From contig OY969474.1 of the NCBI GenBank assembly GCA_963700145.1, positions 3,072,001-3,136,000 on the forward strand: a stretch of DNA of 64,000 nucleotides, in the 5' to 3' direction. Origin of the DNA: an uncultured Acidobacteriota bacterium (GTDB taxonomy: Bacteria; Acidobacteriota; Thermoanaerobaculia; Multivoradales; UBA5704). Made by a program: the position numbers and the translations under genes. Positions 38,232 to 47,943 of the stretch are shown here, piece after piece; positions within the stretch are counted from its first letter, which is position 1, and each line of letters starts with the position of its first letter. The notes beneath the pieces are model-generated. The model made no database searches and was not told where the DNA came from. It was given only the letters and a program-made list of their open reading frames with translations.

Positions 38232-38517
38232 GGGATTCACCCTCCGGCGGGTCGGAGCCCGACCGGAAGCGGCGCGGGACGCCCGCATTCCGATAGTGCC
38301 ATACGGCCCCAAGACCGGGGCGCGCGAGCAGGGCCATCAGTGGGCAGTCGAAAGGTGATTAGACTACCGGCATGGAGACCGCGGTCTCGGTCCCGCGGCA
38401 GGTCGGCCGCGGCGTCGTGAATGCTCTCGCCGAAGTCGGCAGCGAGCCGGACGTTTTCAGCCGCAGGGCCGCGCGAGGTGTTCTGGAACGCGTCGAGTGG
38501 GAGGAGGAATCGGGCTC

Positions 38518-38694
38518 ATGACGGTCAGACACAAGGTCGCCCTGCGTAAGAGCGAAGAGGGGTACAGCGTCTCGGTGCCCGGCCTGCCGGGCTGCTGGTC
38601 GCAAGGCACGACCGAGTCCGAGGCGCTGGAGAACATCGAAGACGCCATCCGCGAGTACCTCGCGGTGGTGTCCGACCCCCGCCCCAACCGCTAG
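38518..38694 (+). CDS. HicB-like antitoxin domain protein (orphan)
   Basis: EEGYSVSVPGLPGCWSQGTTESEALENIEDAIREYL, with a GAGGAGG RBS. Confidence 0.85.
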   Translation: MTVRHKVALRKSEEGYSVSVPGLPGCWSQGTTESEALENIEDAIREYLAVVSDPRPNR

Positions 38695-38756
38695 AATCCC
38701 CTGCCACCCGAGGAATGCCCCGCCGTCCGGAGCCGTTTGGGCGTGGGGAAACCGCC

Positions 38757-39857
38757 ATGCAACCCGCCATGCAACCGACCGACATCTACGGCAGCCTGCA
38801 GCAGCGCGTCATCGGCCAGGAGGAGATCCTGCGCTTCGTTTCGGTGGCGATCTTCAAGCACCTCCAGGGGGAGAAGTACGGCAACCTCCTGCTGATCGGC
38901 AACTCCGGCACCGGCAAGACGACGATCATGCGGGCCATCGAGGAGCTGTACCGGCAGCACGAGGAGCTGCGCGACTACCGGGTGCTGGTGATCATGAACG
39001 CCTCGACGATCGCCAACGAGGAGGGGATGGTGGACGTCGGGCGCCTCCTGACCCGGGTCGAGGAGCGGGCGCGGCAGATCCTGGGGGAGGACGCCACCCC
39101 GGAGGAGATCGCCCGCGCCATGGAGCGGGCCACCGTCTGCCTCGACGAGATCGACAAGGTCTCGGGGCAGATCGGCGGCAAGCCCTACGTCACCGGCATC
39201 AACATCCAGCAGGCCCTGCTCACCCTGATCGAGGGCGAGAGCGTGCTCTGGCCGATCACCGTCGTGCGCGACAAGCTCCCCGAGACGGCGCGCCTGACGG
39301 TCGACACCGGCCGCATGCTCTTCCTCTGCGCCGGCGCCTTCGAGACCCTCTACGACCAGGTCTTCCAGCGCGTCGTCTCGCCCAAAAGCGGCATCAAGCT
39401 GCCGACGACGACCGTCTACGAGAACGGCAAGATCCAGATCCGCGAGTACTTCACCCTGCGCGAGCACTTCAAGCAGGAGGACCTCTTCGCCTACGGCATG
39501 CAGCCGCAGTTCATGTCGCGCTTCGACAACGCGATCATCCTCGAGGACCTCACCGCCGGCACCCTGGCACGCATCTTCCGCGACCTCGAGGACGGCGTCT
39601 TTCGCTCTTCCCAGAACTTCTTCCGCAAGTACGGCATCGAGCTCGAGGTCACCGACCAGGCGGTGCAGAAGATCGCCGAGGAGGCCTCGCGCCACAGCCG
39701 GATCGGTGCGCGCGCCCTCAAGTCGGTCTACGGCCGGATCATCAAGCCCTTCGAGTTCGACCCCTTCTCCCGCCAGGAAGTCAAGGCCAACGGCGGCGGC
39801 CACCGCCTGCTCATCGACGAGCCGCTGGTGACGAGCGCCATGCGGCCGTCGGCATAA
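38757..39857 (+). CDS. ClpX-like AAA+ ATPase (atypical)
   Basis: VIGQE, GNSGTGKT, CLDEIDK, QQALLTLIEG, LFLCAGAF and GARAL. No N-terminal Zn domain and no IGF loop. Confidence 0.85.
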   Translation: MQPAMQPTDIYGSLQQRVIGQEEILRFVSVAIFKHLQGEKYGNLLLIGNSGTGKTTIMRAIEELYRQHEELRDYRVLVIMNASTIANEEGMVDVGRLLTRVEERARQILGEDATPEEIARAMERATVCLDEIDKVSGQIGGKPYVTGINIQQALLTLIEGESVLWPITVVRDKLPETARLTVDTGRMLFLCAGAFETLYDQVFQRVVSPKSGIKLPTTTVYENGKIQIREYFTLREHFKQEDLFAYGMQPQFMSRFDNAIILEDLTAGTLARIFRDLEDGVFRSSQNFFRKYGIELEVTDQAVQKIAEEASRHSRIGARALKSVYGRIIKPFEFDPFSRQEVKANGGGHRLLIDEPLVTSAMRPSA

Positions 39858-39867
39858 CATACGCCGC

Positions 39868-41922
39868 ATGCGCCGGACCGCCGCTCTCGCCGCCGTGCTG
39901 ACCTTCGCCTCTCTCGTCCCCCTCCACGCCCAACCGGCGCTGCCGGCCACGGCGGTCGAGCAGGCCGTCGCCCGCTTGACCGCGAAGCATGGCGAGGCGC
40001 AGGCGGCACGCATCCGCCGCGGCGTCGAGCAGGTGGCGCAGCGTTGGTGGGCCGAGGACGGCACGCCCGAGGAGTTCCTGGCCTTCGTCGAGGCCAGCTT
40101 CCTGGCCGACCCGGCGGAGCTCGACGTCACCGCCGCCCGCCTCGAGCGGGTGATGGAGCAGACGCTCGGGCACCTGCACGAGGTGCGGCGGGAGATCATG
40201 ACCCCGCTCGACCTCGACACCGGTCCGGTGCGGCGGGTGGACGAGCTGCTGTCGAACGTCGACTTGAGCGCGCACGTCGACGAGGACCTCTACCGCACGA
40301 AGGTCGCCTTCCTCGCCCTGCTCAACTTCCCGGTCCACACCCTCGAGGAGCGGCTGGCGCAGGGGCCCTCGTGGGACCGCGCGGCCTGGGCGCGGTCGCG
40401 CATGATGGACCGCTTCTCCGAGCGCCTGCCCGCGGCCGTCCTCCAGGAGTGGACGGCGGCCACGACGCGCGCCGACCAGTACATCGCCGACTACAACATC
40501 CGCCTCGACCGCCTGGTCACTCCCGAGGGGGAGCGCCTCTTCCAGGAAGGTCTGCGGCTGATCAGCCACTGGGGGCTGCGCGACGAGCTGCAGTCGCTCT
40601 ACGCCGACCCCTCTCCCGCCGCGCTCGCCAAGCAGCGGATGATCCTCGAGGTCATGAAGCGGATCGTGCGCCAGGAGATCCCGCGGACGGTGATCGACAA
40701 CGCCGACCGCCTCTGGGAGCCCTTCGCCAACACCGTCCGGCCGCTCGACCCGGCCGAGGCGGTCGACCCGGAGCGGCTGGCGCGCGAGCGTGAGCCGGAC
40801 ACCCGCTACGAGCGCCTGCTCGAGGTCTTCCGCGCCGCCACCAAGCAGGACCCCTACAGCCCGGCGACGCCGACCTTCGTCGAGCGCAGCTTCGAGCGCG
40901 GGCGCGAGATCCCGGAGAAAGAGGTCGAGGCCCTCCTCGTCTCCATCCTCGAGTCGCCGGAGGTACGCGACCTGGCGGCGCTGATCAAGCGGCGCCTCGG
41001 GCGCCCGCTCGAGCCCTTCGACATCTGGTACACCGGTTTCCGGCCGCGCGGCCGCTACAGCGAGGCCGAGCTGGACGCGGTGGTGCGCGAGCGCTACCCG
41101 ACGGTCGAGGCCTTCCAGGCCAAGCTCCCCGAGGTGCTGCGCGCCCTGGGGTTCACGCCGGAGAAGGCGGCATGGCTGGCCGAGCGCATCGTCGTCGACC
41201 CGGCGCGCGGCGCCGGCCACGCGATGGGCGCCGCGCGGCGCGAGGACAAGGCCCACCTGCGCACCCGCGTGGCCCAGGGGGGGATGGACTACAAGGGCTA
41301 CAACATCGCCATCCACGAGCTGGGGCACAACGTCGAACAGGTCTTCTCGCTCAACGCCATCGACCACTGGTGGCTCACGGGCGTCCCCAACAACGCCTTC
41401 ACCGAGGCGATGGCGTTCGTCTTCCAGCACCGCGACCTGGAGCTGCTGGGGCTCGGCTCCCAGGACGACGCGGCGCGGCGGGCGCAAGCCCTCGCTCTCC
41501 TCTGGAACGCCTACGAGATCGGCGGCGTGGCGATCGTCGACATGCGGGTCTGGAACTGGATGTACGCGCACCAGGAGGCGACGCCGGCCGAGCTGCGCGA
41601 GGCCGTGCTCGGGATCGCGCGCGAGGTCTGGAACCGCTGGTACGCGCCGCACTTCGGGGTGCGCGACTCCGAGGTCCTGGCGATCTACTCGCACATGATC
41701 ATCTACGGCCTCTACCTGCCCGACTACCCGCTCGGGCATCTCATCGCCTTCCAGGTCGCCGAGAAGCTGCACGGTGCGGACTTCGGCGCCGAGTTCGAGC
41801 GCGTGACCCGGCAGGGCCGGCTCACCCCCGACGCCTGGATGCGCGGCGCCGTCGGCGGACCCCTCTCCGCGCGCGCCCTCCTCACCGCGGCGCGCGAGGC
41901 CCTGGCGGCACCGCCGCAGTAG
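39868..41922 (+). CDS. exported gluzincin-type metallopeptidase-like protein
   Basis: Signal peptide and HELGH followed by FTEAMA (third ligand), an M3/M32-like pattern. Confidence 0.7.
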   Translation: MRRTAALAAVLTFASLVPLHAQPALPATAVEQAVARLTAKHGEAQAARIRRGVEQVAQRWWAEDGTPEEFLAFVEASFLADPAELDVTAARLERVMEQTLGHLHEVRREIMTPLDLDTGPVRRVDELLSNVDLSAHVDEDLYRTKVAFLALLNFPVHTLEERLAQGPSWDRAAWARSRMMDRFSERLPAAVLQEWTAATTRADQYIADYNIRLDRLVTPEGERLFQEGLRLISHWGLRDELQSLYADPSPAALAKQRMILEVMKRIVRQEIPRTVIDNADRLWEPFANTVRPLDPAEAVDPERLAREREPDTRYERLLEVFRAATKQDPYSPATPTFVERSFERGREIPEKEVEALLVSILESPEVRDLAALIKRRLGRPLEPFDIWYTGFRPRGRYSEAELDAVVRERYPTVEAFQAKLPEVLRALGFTPEKAAWLAERIVVDPARGAGHAMGAARREDKAHLRTRVAQGGMDYKGYNIAIHELGHNVEQVFSLNAIDHWWLTGVPNNAFTEAMAFVFQHRDLELLGLGSQDDAARRAQALALLWNAYEIGGVAIVDMRVWNWMYAHQEATPAELREAVLGIAREVWNRWYAPHFGVRDSEVLAIYSHMIIYGLYLPDYPLGHLIAFQVAEKLHGADFGAEFERVTRQGRLTPDAWMRGAVGGPLSARALLTAAREALAAPPQ

Positions 41923-41940
41923 GCAACGAACACCTCCTCC

Positions 41941-41967
41941 CAACGCTTTTCCCTTCCGGCGCGTTTA
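41941..41967 (+). promoter_or_regulatory. ECF-sigma-type promoter (putative autoregulation)
   Basis: CAAC-17 nt-CGTTTA directly upstream of the ECF sigma GTG at 41975. Confidence 0.5.
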
Positions 41968-41974
41968 GAGCGGT

Positions 41975-42514
41975 GTGACCCAGCCGCTCTGCGCGACCTT
42001 GGACCGACCGCTCGAAGACACCGCCCGCGACCGGCTGGCGGCCCTCTTCGACCTGCACCACGAGCGCCTCTTCCGGCTGGCGCGGCGCCTCGCCGGCGAG
42101 CGCGAGGAGGCGCTCGACCTGGTGCAGGAGACCTTCGTACGCGCCGCGCGGCGGCCGGGCACGGTGCCGGCGCCGGAGAGCGGCGGCGAGGCCTGGCTGG
42201 TGCGGACGCTCGTAAACCTCTGCCGCGACCGCCACCGCCGCCTCGCCGTCCGCCGGCGCCGGCGCCACGAGGTGGAGCCGCCGGAGGGAACGCCCGACCC
42301 CGCGGGCGCCGCGGTGGCGCGCGCCACGGTGCGCCGCGCCCTGGCCGCCCTCCCCGCCCGCCGCCGGGCGGTGGTGGTGCTGCACGAGCTCGAGGAGGTG
42401 CCGGTGGCGGAGGTGGCGCGGCTCCTGGGCATCGCACAGGTAACGGTGCGCTGGCACCTGGCGGCGGCGCGCAAGCAGCTCGCGGTCCTGCTGGGTGAAG
42501 GAGAAAAGTCATGA
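41975..42514 (+). CDS. ECF RNA polymerase sigma factor
   Basis: ALDLVQETFVRA, AWLVRTLVNLCRD and region 4 EVARLLGIAQVTVRWHL. Confidence 0.92.
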   Translation: MTQPLCATLDRPLEDTARDRLAALFDLHHERLFRLARRLAGEREEALDLVQETFVRAARRPGTVPAPESGGEAWLVRTLVNLCRDRHRRLAVRRRRRHEVEPPEGTPDPAGAAVARATVRRALAALPARRRAVVVLHELEEVPVAEVARLLGIAQVTVRWHLAAARKQLAVLLGEGEKS

Positions 42515-43047
42515 AGAACGAATTCCACGACGATCACGACGCGCACCTGCGCACGGCGCTCCGCGACGGCGACCCGGCGGCAGGCGACGGCTTGGCGCCC
42601 GCGGAGGTCCGGGCGCTGCGGCGGGCGATGCTGAACGCCGCCGAGGATGCCCCGCGGCGCGCCTGGCTTCCCGCCGCGGCGCTCACCGCGGCCGCCGCCG
42701 GCATCGCCGCCGCGATCGTCCTCTCGCCGGCACCGCCGCGCGTCGCGACGCCATCCCCCGCCCCGCCCGCGATCGTCGCGTCGGCGCCGCCGCCGCGAGT
42801 CTCGGTCGAGCCCGCCGCACCGGAGCCTCCCGCGGCCGCCCGCCCGGAGCGGCGCGCCCGCGTCGAAGCGCGGGTGCCGGCACCGCGGCCCGAGCCGCCC
42901 CTGCCGCCATCGGCGGAGCCGCCGATCCTTCCCACCCAGCCCGTCCTGGCCGGCGCGGCCCCCGAGCCGCGCCCGTTGCACATCGAGTTCGCCACCCCCG
43001 GCGGCACCCGGGTCATCTGGATGCTCGCCGAAGAATCCGAGTCCTAG
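42511..43047 (+). CDS. putative membrane anti-sigma factor, Pro-rich
   Basis: ATGA overlap with the sigma gene, single TM segment and C-terminal IEFATPGGTRVIW. Confidence 0.7.
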   Translation: MKNEFHDDHDAHLRTALRDGDPAAGDGLAPAEVRALRRAMLNAAEDAPRRAWLPAAALTAAAAGIAAAIVLSPAPPRVATPSPAPPAIVASAPPPRVSVEPAAPEPPAAARPERRARVEARVPAPRPEPPLPPSAEPPILPTQPVLAGAAPEPRPLHIEFATPGGTRVIWMLAEESES

Positions 43048-43059
43048 AGGAGAACGACC

Positions 43060-43806
43060 GTGCCCCATCTCCGCACCCCTCTCGCCGCCCTCCTGCTCCT
43101 CGCCGGCCTGGCCGCGCCCGCCACGGCCGCGCAGGGCGGGGACGGCTCGCCGCCCTATCAGAACCGCTACCTCATCTCCTACCTCGACCTCCACGCCGCG
43201 GAGCTCCTGGCGTGGGAGCTGTGCCCCCAGAAGGAGCGCTGCAAAGTCGTCAGCACCATGACCGGCGAGGGAGTGAAGGTCCTCGAGGTGCTGGCCGACT
43301 CCGCCACCCACGAGCGGATCGTCCAGGCGCTGGCGCGGGAGGACGCCGCGCCGCGCACTCAGGTCTTCCAGCTCCACCTGCTCGAGGGCTCGACGGCCGG
43401 GGCGGTCGCCGCCCCCTCCGACCTGCCGCTGGGAGCGAGCAAGGCGCTCGAAGACCTGCGCGGCTTCCTCCCCTACAAAAGCTACCGCCTGCTCGATACC
43501 GCGTGGCTCCCCACCACCGGCGGCGTGCAGGCACGCCTGGTCGGCGACGGCGGCGCCTCCTACGCCGTCGACCTGCGCTTCAAGCGCGTCGGCGACCGCA
43601 AGGAGAAGCGGCTCTTCGTCGAGTTCTTCCGCATGCGCGAGGAGGGGACATTGCCGGCCCTCGCCCGCCCGCCCCGCCAGCTCATCGAGACCTCGTTTGG
43701 CCTGGAGATCGGCGAGACCATCGTCGTCGGCACCTCGCGCGTCGACGGCGCGAGCGACAAGGCGCTCGTCGTCCTGCTCACCGCCGTGGCCGAAGCGGCG
43801 CCCTGA
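43060..43806 (+). CDS. exported hypothetical protein of the ECF operon
   Basis: Signal peptide, GAGGAG RBS and GETIVVG motif. Confidence 0.7.
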   Translation: MPHLRTPLAALLLLAGLAAPATAAQGGDGSPPYQNRYLISYLDLHAAELLAWELCPQKERCKVVSTMTGEGVKVLEVLADSATHERIVQALAREDAAPRTQVFQLHLLEGSTAGAVAAPSDLPLGASKALEDLRGFLPYKSYRLLDTAWLPTTGGVQARLVGDGGASYAVDLRFKRVGDRKEKRLFVEFFRMREEGTLPALARPPRQLIETSFGLEIGETIVVGTSRVDGASDKALVVLLTAVAEAAP

Positions 43807-43899
43807 GGCGCGAAGGCTTTTCGCGCCGGGCTCCGGTCACCGGATATGCTCCGCGGGCGCGCGCACGCCCCACATCCCCCCGCGCGCCCGAGGAGCCCC

Positions 43900-46800
43900 A
43901 TGCGACGACTGCATCCCTTCCTGCTCACTCTCCTTCTGCTCGCGCCGGTGGCGGCGCTCACCCAGGACCCGCCTCCGCCGCCGCCCGAGGAGGGCGAGAA
44001 GCCGCCGATCGAGGAGGGCGAGCGGCCGCCGCAGCCGGGCGAGCGCCCGCCGGTCGAAGGGGAGCAGCCGTTCGAGCCGGTCGAGAAGCAGCCGATCGCG
44101 GGCGAGAAGAAACCGGGCGAGGAGGCCGAGAAGGAGGAGGAGAAGTGGGACGTCAACAACCCGCCGGGCCCGAGGGAAGAGGTGACGATCGACGTCACCA
44201 CGGGGACCTGGATGAGCCTCGACATCTCCCCCGACGGCAAGGAGATCGTCTTCGACCTCCTCGGCGACCTCTACGCGGTGCCGATCGGCGGCGGCGAGGC
44301 GCGCGCCCTGACCAACGACATCGCCTGGCAGGAGCAGCCGCGCTACAGCCCCGACGGCAAGAAGCTCGCCTTCACCAGCGACCAGGGGGGCGGCGACAAC
44401 GTCTGGATCTCCGACCGCGACGGCAAGAACCCGCAGCAGGTCAGCAAGGAGACCTTCCGCCTCCTCAACAGCCCCGACTGGTCGCCCGACGGCGAGTACA
44501 TCGTGGCGCGCAAGCACTTCACCTCGCAGCGCTCGGCCGGCGCCGGCGAGATGTGGCTCTACCACCGCAGCGGCGGCGAGGGCCTGCAGCTCACCAAGCG
44601 GCGCACGCAGCAGAAGGACAGCGGCGAGCCCGCCTTCTCCCCCGACGGCCGCTACCTCTACTACAGCGACGACGCGACCCCCGGCGAGGTCTTCGAGTAC
44701 AACAAGGACCCCAACACCCAGATCTACGTCATCCAGCGCCTCGACCGGAAGACCGGCAAGACCGAGCCCTTCGTCACCGGCGCGGGAGGTGCCGTCCGCC
44801 CGACGCCCTCGCCGGACGGCAAGCTCCTCGCCTTCATCCGTCGCATCCGCGGGAAGAGCGTGCTGCACCTGCACGACATCGCCTCGGGCGAGGAGTGGCC
44901 GGTCTACGACAAGCTCGAGCGCGACATGCAGGAGACCTGGGCGATCCACGGCGTCTACCCGGGCATCTCCTGGACACCGGACTCGAAGTCGATCGTCTTC
45001 TGGGCCGAGGGGGAGATCTACCGCCTGGACGTGGCGAGCAAGGTTTGCACCGAGATCCCCTTCCACGTCCGCGCGACCAAGCAGGTGACGCCGGCGGTGC
45101 GCTTCCCGCAGGAGGTGGCGCCGCCCGAGTTCGAGACCAAGATGCTGCGCTGGGTGGAGGTCTCACCCAAGGGCGACCGCGCGGTCTTCCAGACCCTGGG
45201 GCGCCTGTGGGTGCGCGACCTGCCGGACGGCAAGCCGCGCCGCCTCACCCGCCAGGACGACCACTTCGAGTACTTCCCCGCCTTCTCGCGCGACGGCCGC
45301 TCGATCGTCTACACGACCTGGGACGACGACGAGCTGGGACGGGTGCGCGTCGTGCCGACGGTGGGCGGCGACGGGCGGACGATCGTCGACGAGCCCGGGC
45401 ACTATGCCGACCCCGCCTTCACGCCGGACGGCAAGCAGGTCGTCTACGCCAAGATCGCCGGCGGCTACCTGCGCACCCCGGCCTGGTCGCGCGAGACCGG
45501 CATCTACAAGGTGGCGGCCGGCGGCGGCAAGCCGGAGCGGATCACCGAGGACGGCGTGCGCCCGCACTTCGGCGCCGAGAGCGACCGCGTCTACCTCCTC
45601 CGCTTCGGCGAGGAGAACAAGCGGCTCCTCGCCTCGGTGGGGCTCGACGGCAAGGACGACCGCACCCACCTCACGAGCGAGCACGCGAGCGAGTACCGGG
45701 TGTCGCCGGACGGCCGCTGGGTGGCCTGGAGCGAGCGCTTCCAGGTCTACGTCGCGCCCTTCGTCCCCACCGGCCAGACGGTCGAGATCGGCCCCAAGAC
45801 CGCCGCCCTCCCGGTCAAGCAGGTGAGCCGCGACGCCGGCTCCTACCTCCACTGGTCGGGCGACTCGAAGAAGCTCCACTGGTCGCTCGGGCCGCAGCTC
45901 TTCACCCGCGCGCTGACCGACGCCTTCACTTTCCTCGAGGGCTCGCCCGAGAAGCTCCCCGAGCCGGCCGCCGAGGGCGTGGACCTCGGCTTCGATGTCC
46001 CCTACGACGTGCCGACCGGCACGGTCGCCTTCACCGGCGCGCGCATCGTCACCATGCGCGGCGACGAGGTGATCGAGGACGGCACGATCGTCGTCGAGCG
46101 CAACCGCATCAAGGCGGTGGGGCCGCGCGGCCAGGTGGCGGTGCCGGCCGGCGCCCACGTCGTGGACGCCGCCGGCAAGACGATCATCCCCGGCCTCGTC
46201 GACGTCCACTGGCACGGCACCTTCGCCACCGACGACATCGTCCCCGAGGAGAACTGGGGCAACCACGCCTCGCTCACCTTCGGCGTCACCACCGTCCACG
46301 ACCCGTCGAACGACACCGGCTCGACCTTCGCCGCCTCCGAGATGGCGAAGGCCGGCCTCATCACCGCGCCGCGCATCTACTCGACCGGCACCATCCTCTA
46401 CGGCGCCACCACCGCCTTCACCGCGGTCATCGAGAAGCTCGAGGACGCGCGCGGCCACCTGCGGCGGATGAAGGCGGCCGGCGCCTTCAGCGTCAAAAGC
46501 TACAACCAGCCGCGGCGCGACCAGCGGCAGCAGGTGATCACCGCGGCACGCGAGCTGGAGATGCTGGTGGTGCCGGAGGGCGGGTCGCTCTTCCAGCACA
46601 ACATGAACATGATCGTCGACGGCCACACCGGCATCGAGCACTCGATCCCGGTGCCGGCGGTCTACGACGACGTCAAACAGCTCTGGCCGCGGACCCAGGT
46701 CGGCTACACGCCGACCCTGGTCGTCGGCTACGGCGGGCTGTGGGGCGAGGAGTACTGGTACGCGACGACCAACGTCTGGGAAGACCCGCGGCTCCAGAAG

Positions 46801-47286
46801 TTCGTGCCGCGCGAGATCCTCGACGAGCGCTCGCGCCGGCGGCGGACCGCGCCGCCCGAGGAGTGGGGGCACTTCAACAACTCGCGGGTGGCGGCAGAGC
46901 TCGGCAAGCTCGGCGTCAAGGTCAACATCGGCGCCCACGGCCAGCGCGAAGGCCTGGCGGCGCACTGGGAGATCTGGATGCTCGGCCAGGGGGGCATGAC
47001 GCCGCTGGAGGCCCTCCGCGCCGCCACGATCACCGGCGCCTGGTACATCGGCATGGACAAGGACATCGGCTCCCTCGAGCCAGGCAAGCTCGCCGACCTG
47101 GCGGTCCTCGACCAGAACCCCCTGGAAGACATCCGCAACTCGCGCAGCGTCTCGCAGGTCATGGTCAACGGCCGCCTCTACGACGCCGAGACCATGAACC
47201 AGATCGGCAACCACCCGAAGAAGCGCGGGCAGTTCTTCTGGGAAAAACAGGCGCCGGCGTTCGGGGGGAAAGACGGGAAGAAATAG
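43900..47286 (+). CDS. TolB-like (PD40) beta-propeller plus amidohydrolase fusion, exported
   Basis: Many SPDG repeats, PGLVDVHWH and GSLEPGKLADL. AGGAG RBS then ATG at 43900. Confidence 0.9.
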   Translation: MRRLHPFLLTLLLLAPVAALTQDPPPPPPEEGEKPPIEEGERPPQPGERPPVEGEQPFEPVEKQPIAGEKKPGEEAEKEEEKWDVNNPPGPREEVTIDVTTGTWMSLDISPDGKEIVFDLLGDLYAVPIGGGEARALTNDIAWQEQPRYSPDGKKLAFTSDQGGGDNVWISDRDGKNPQQVSKETFRLLNSPDWSPDGEYIVARKHFTSQRSAGAGEMWLYHRSGGEGLQLTKRRTQQKDSGEPAFSPDGRYLYYSDDATPGEVFEYNKDPNTQIYVIQRLDRKTGKTEPFVTGAGGAVRPTPSPDGKLLAFIRRIRGKSVLHLHDIASGEEWPVYDKLERDMQETWAIHGVYPGISWTPDSKSIVFWAEGEIYRLDVASKVCTEIPFHVRATKQVTPAVRFPQEVAPPEFETKMLRWVEVSPKGDRAVFQTLGRLWVRDLPDGKPRRLTRQDDHFEYFPAFSRDGRSIVYTTWDDDELGRVRVVPTVGGDGRTIVDEPGHYADPAFTPDGKQVVYAKIAGGYLRTPAWSRETGIYKVAAGGGKPERITEDGVRPHFGAESDRVYLLRFGEENKRLLASVGLDGKDDRTHLTSEHASEYRVSPDGRWVAWSERFQVYVAPFVPTGQTVEIGPKTAALPVKQVSRDAGSYLHWSGDSKKLHWSLGPQLFTRALTDAFTFLEGSPEKLPEPAAEGVDLGFDVPYDVPTGTVAFTGARIVTMRGDEVIEDGTIVVERNRIKAVGPRGQVAVPAGAHVVDAAGKTIIPGLVDVHWHGTFATDDIVPEENWGNHASLTFGVTTVHDPSNDTGSTFAASEMAKAGLITAPRIYSTGTILYGATTAFTAVIEKLEDARGHLRRMKAAGAFSVKSYNQPRRDQRQQVITAARELEMLVVPEGGSLFQHNMNMIVDGHTGIEHSIPVPAVYDDVKQLWPRTQVGYTPTLVVGYGGLWGEEYWYATTNVWEDPRLQKFVPREILDERSRRRRTAPPEEWGHFNNSRVAAELGKLGVKVNIGAHGQREGLAAHWEIWMLGQGGMTPLEALRAATITGAWYIGMDKDIGSLEPGKLADLAVLDQNPLEDIRNSRSVSQVMVNGRLYDAETMNQIGNHPKKRGQFFWEKQAPAFGGKDGKK

Positions 47287-47291
47287 GCTCG

Positions 47292-47582
47292 CTATTGTGC
47301 GGTGGCGGCGTGTAGCCGCAGGCCTAGCGCCCGTACAACTTTGAGAACCGTCGCGAACTCCGGGTTGCCTTCCGCCGACAGCGCTTTGTAGAGGCTTTCG
47401 CGGCCGAGGCCCGTTTCGCGGGCGATCTGGGTGATCCCTTTGGCGCGGGCGATGTCTCCCAAGGCGGCCGCTACCAGCGCGGCGTCGCCCTCCTGGAGGG
47501 CGGCTTCGAGATAAGCGGCCATGTCCTCGTCGGTTTCCAGGTATTCGGCCGCGTCCCATGGGCGGGTTCGAGTCTTGGCCAT
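47292..47582 (-). CDS. addiction module antidote protein (HTH, TIGR02684-like)
   Basis: WDAAEYL...ALGDIARAKG.TQIARETGLGRESLYKALS..GNP.F.T. Confidence 0.92.
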   Translation of the reverse strand: MAKTRTRPWDAAEYLETDEDMAAYLEAALQEGDAALVAAALGDIARAKGITQIARETGLGRESLYKALSAEGNPEFATVLKVVRALGLRLHAATAQ

Positions 47583-47590
47583 GTCGTCTC

Positions 47591-47887
47591 CTACAATTCT
47601 CGCGCCAGTTTCAGCGCCGCTGCAATGTCCCGGTCCTGGGTACGCTTGTCTCCGCCGGCGAGCAAGATCGCCAGCGTCTGCCCGCGCTGCACGAAGTACA
47701 CCCGGTAGCCGGGGCCGCAGTCGATCCGTAGTTCCGAGACACCCTCCCCCACCGGCCTGACATCGCCAGGGTTGCCCAGCGACAGCCGGCGGATACGGGC
47801 GTTGATGCGTGCCCGCGCCAGTGGATCCCGCAAGCCGCCAAACCAGCCCGCATACACGTCGGTCTGGCGAACCTCGATCACCGCCAC
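47591..47887 (-). CDS. RelE/ParE-family addiction module killer protein (TIGR02683-like)
   Basis: GNPGDVRPVGEGVSELRID.GPGYRVYF and LLAGGDKRTQ. Confidence 0.92.
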   Translation of the reverse strand: MAVIEVRQTDVYAGWFGGLRDPLARARINARIRRLSLGNPGDVRPVGEGVSELRIDCGPGYRVYFVQRGQTLAILLAGGDKRTQDRDIAAALKLAREL

Positions 47888-47889
47888 AT

Positions 47890-47907
47890 CGTATCCTACG
47901 GGATACG
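47890..47907. promoter_or_regulatory. palindromic operator overlapping the TA -10 element
   Basis: CGTATCC-TACG-GGATACG, containing minus-strand TAGGAT 5 nt before the toxin GTG. Confidence 0.6.
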
Positions 47908-47943
47908 TGAAGTAGGAGGGGCGGAGGGGACGTCCGGTGGCGG

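Noticed and set aside
43975-44140. EEGEKPP/EEGERPP/GEKKP repeats at the start of the amidohydrolase
   Set aside because: Low-complexity linker after the signal peptide, with no sign of separate function.
42495-47559. Very long alternative-frame and antisense ORFs (e.g. 1606 aa, 798 aa; similarly 7184..10306, 23106..25298, 51527..53536, 61460..62557)
   Set aside because: Arg/Pro/Ala/Gly-rich shadow ORFs expected from high-GC codon bias over real genes.
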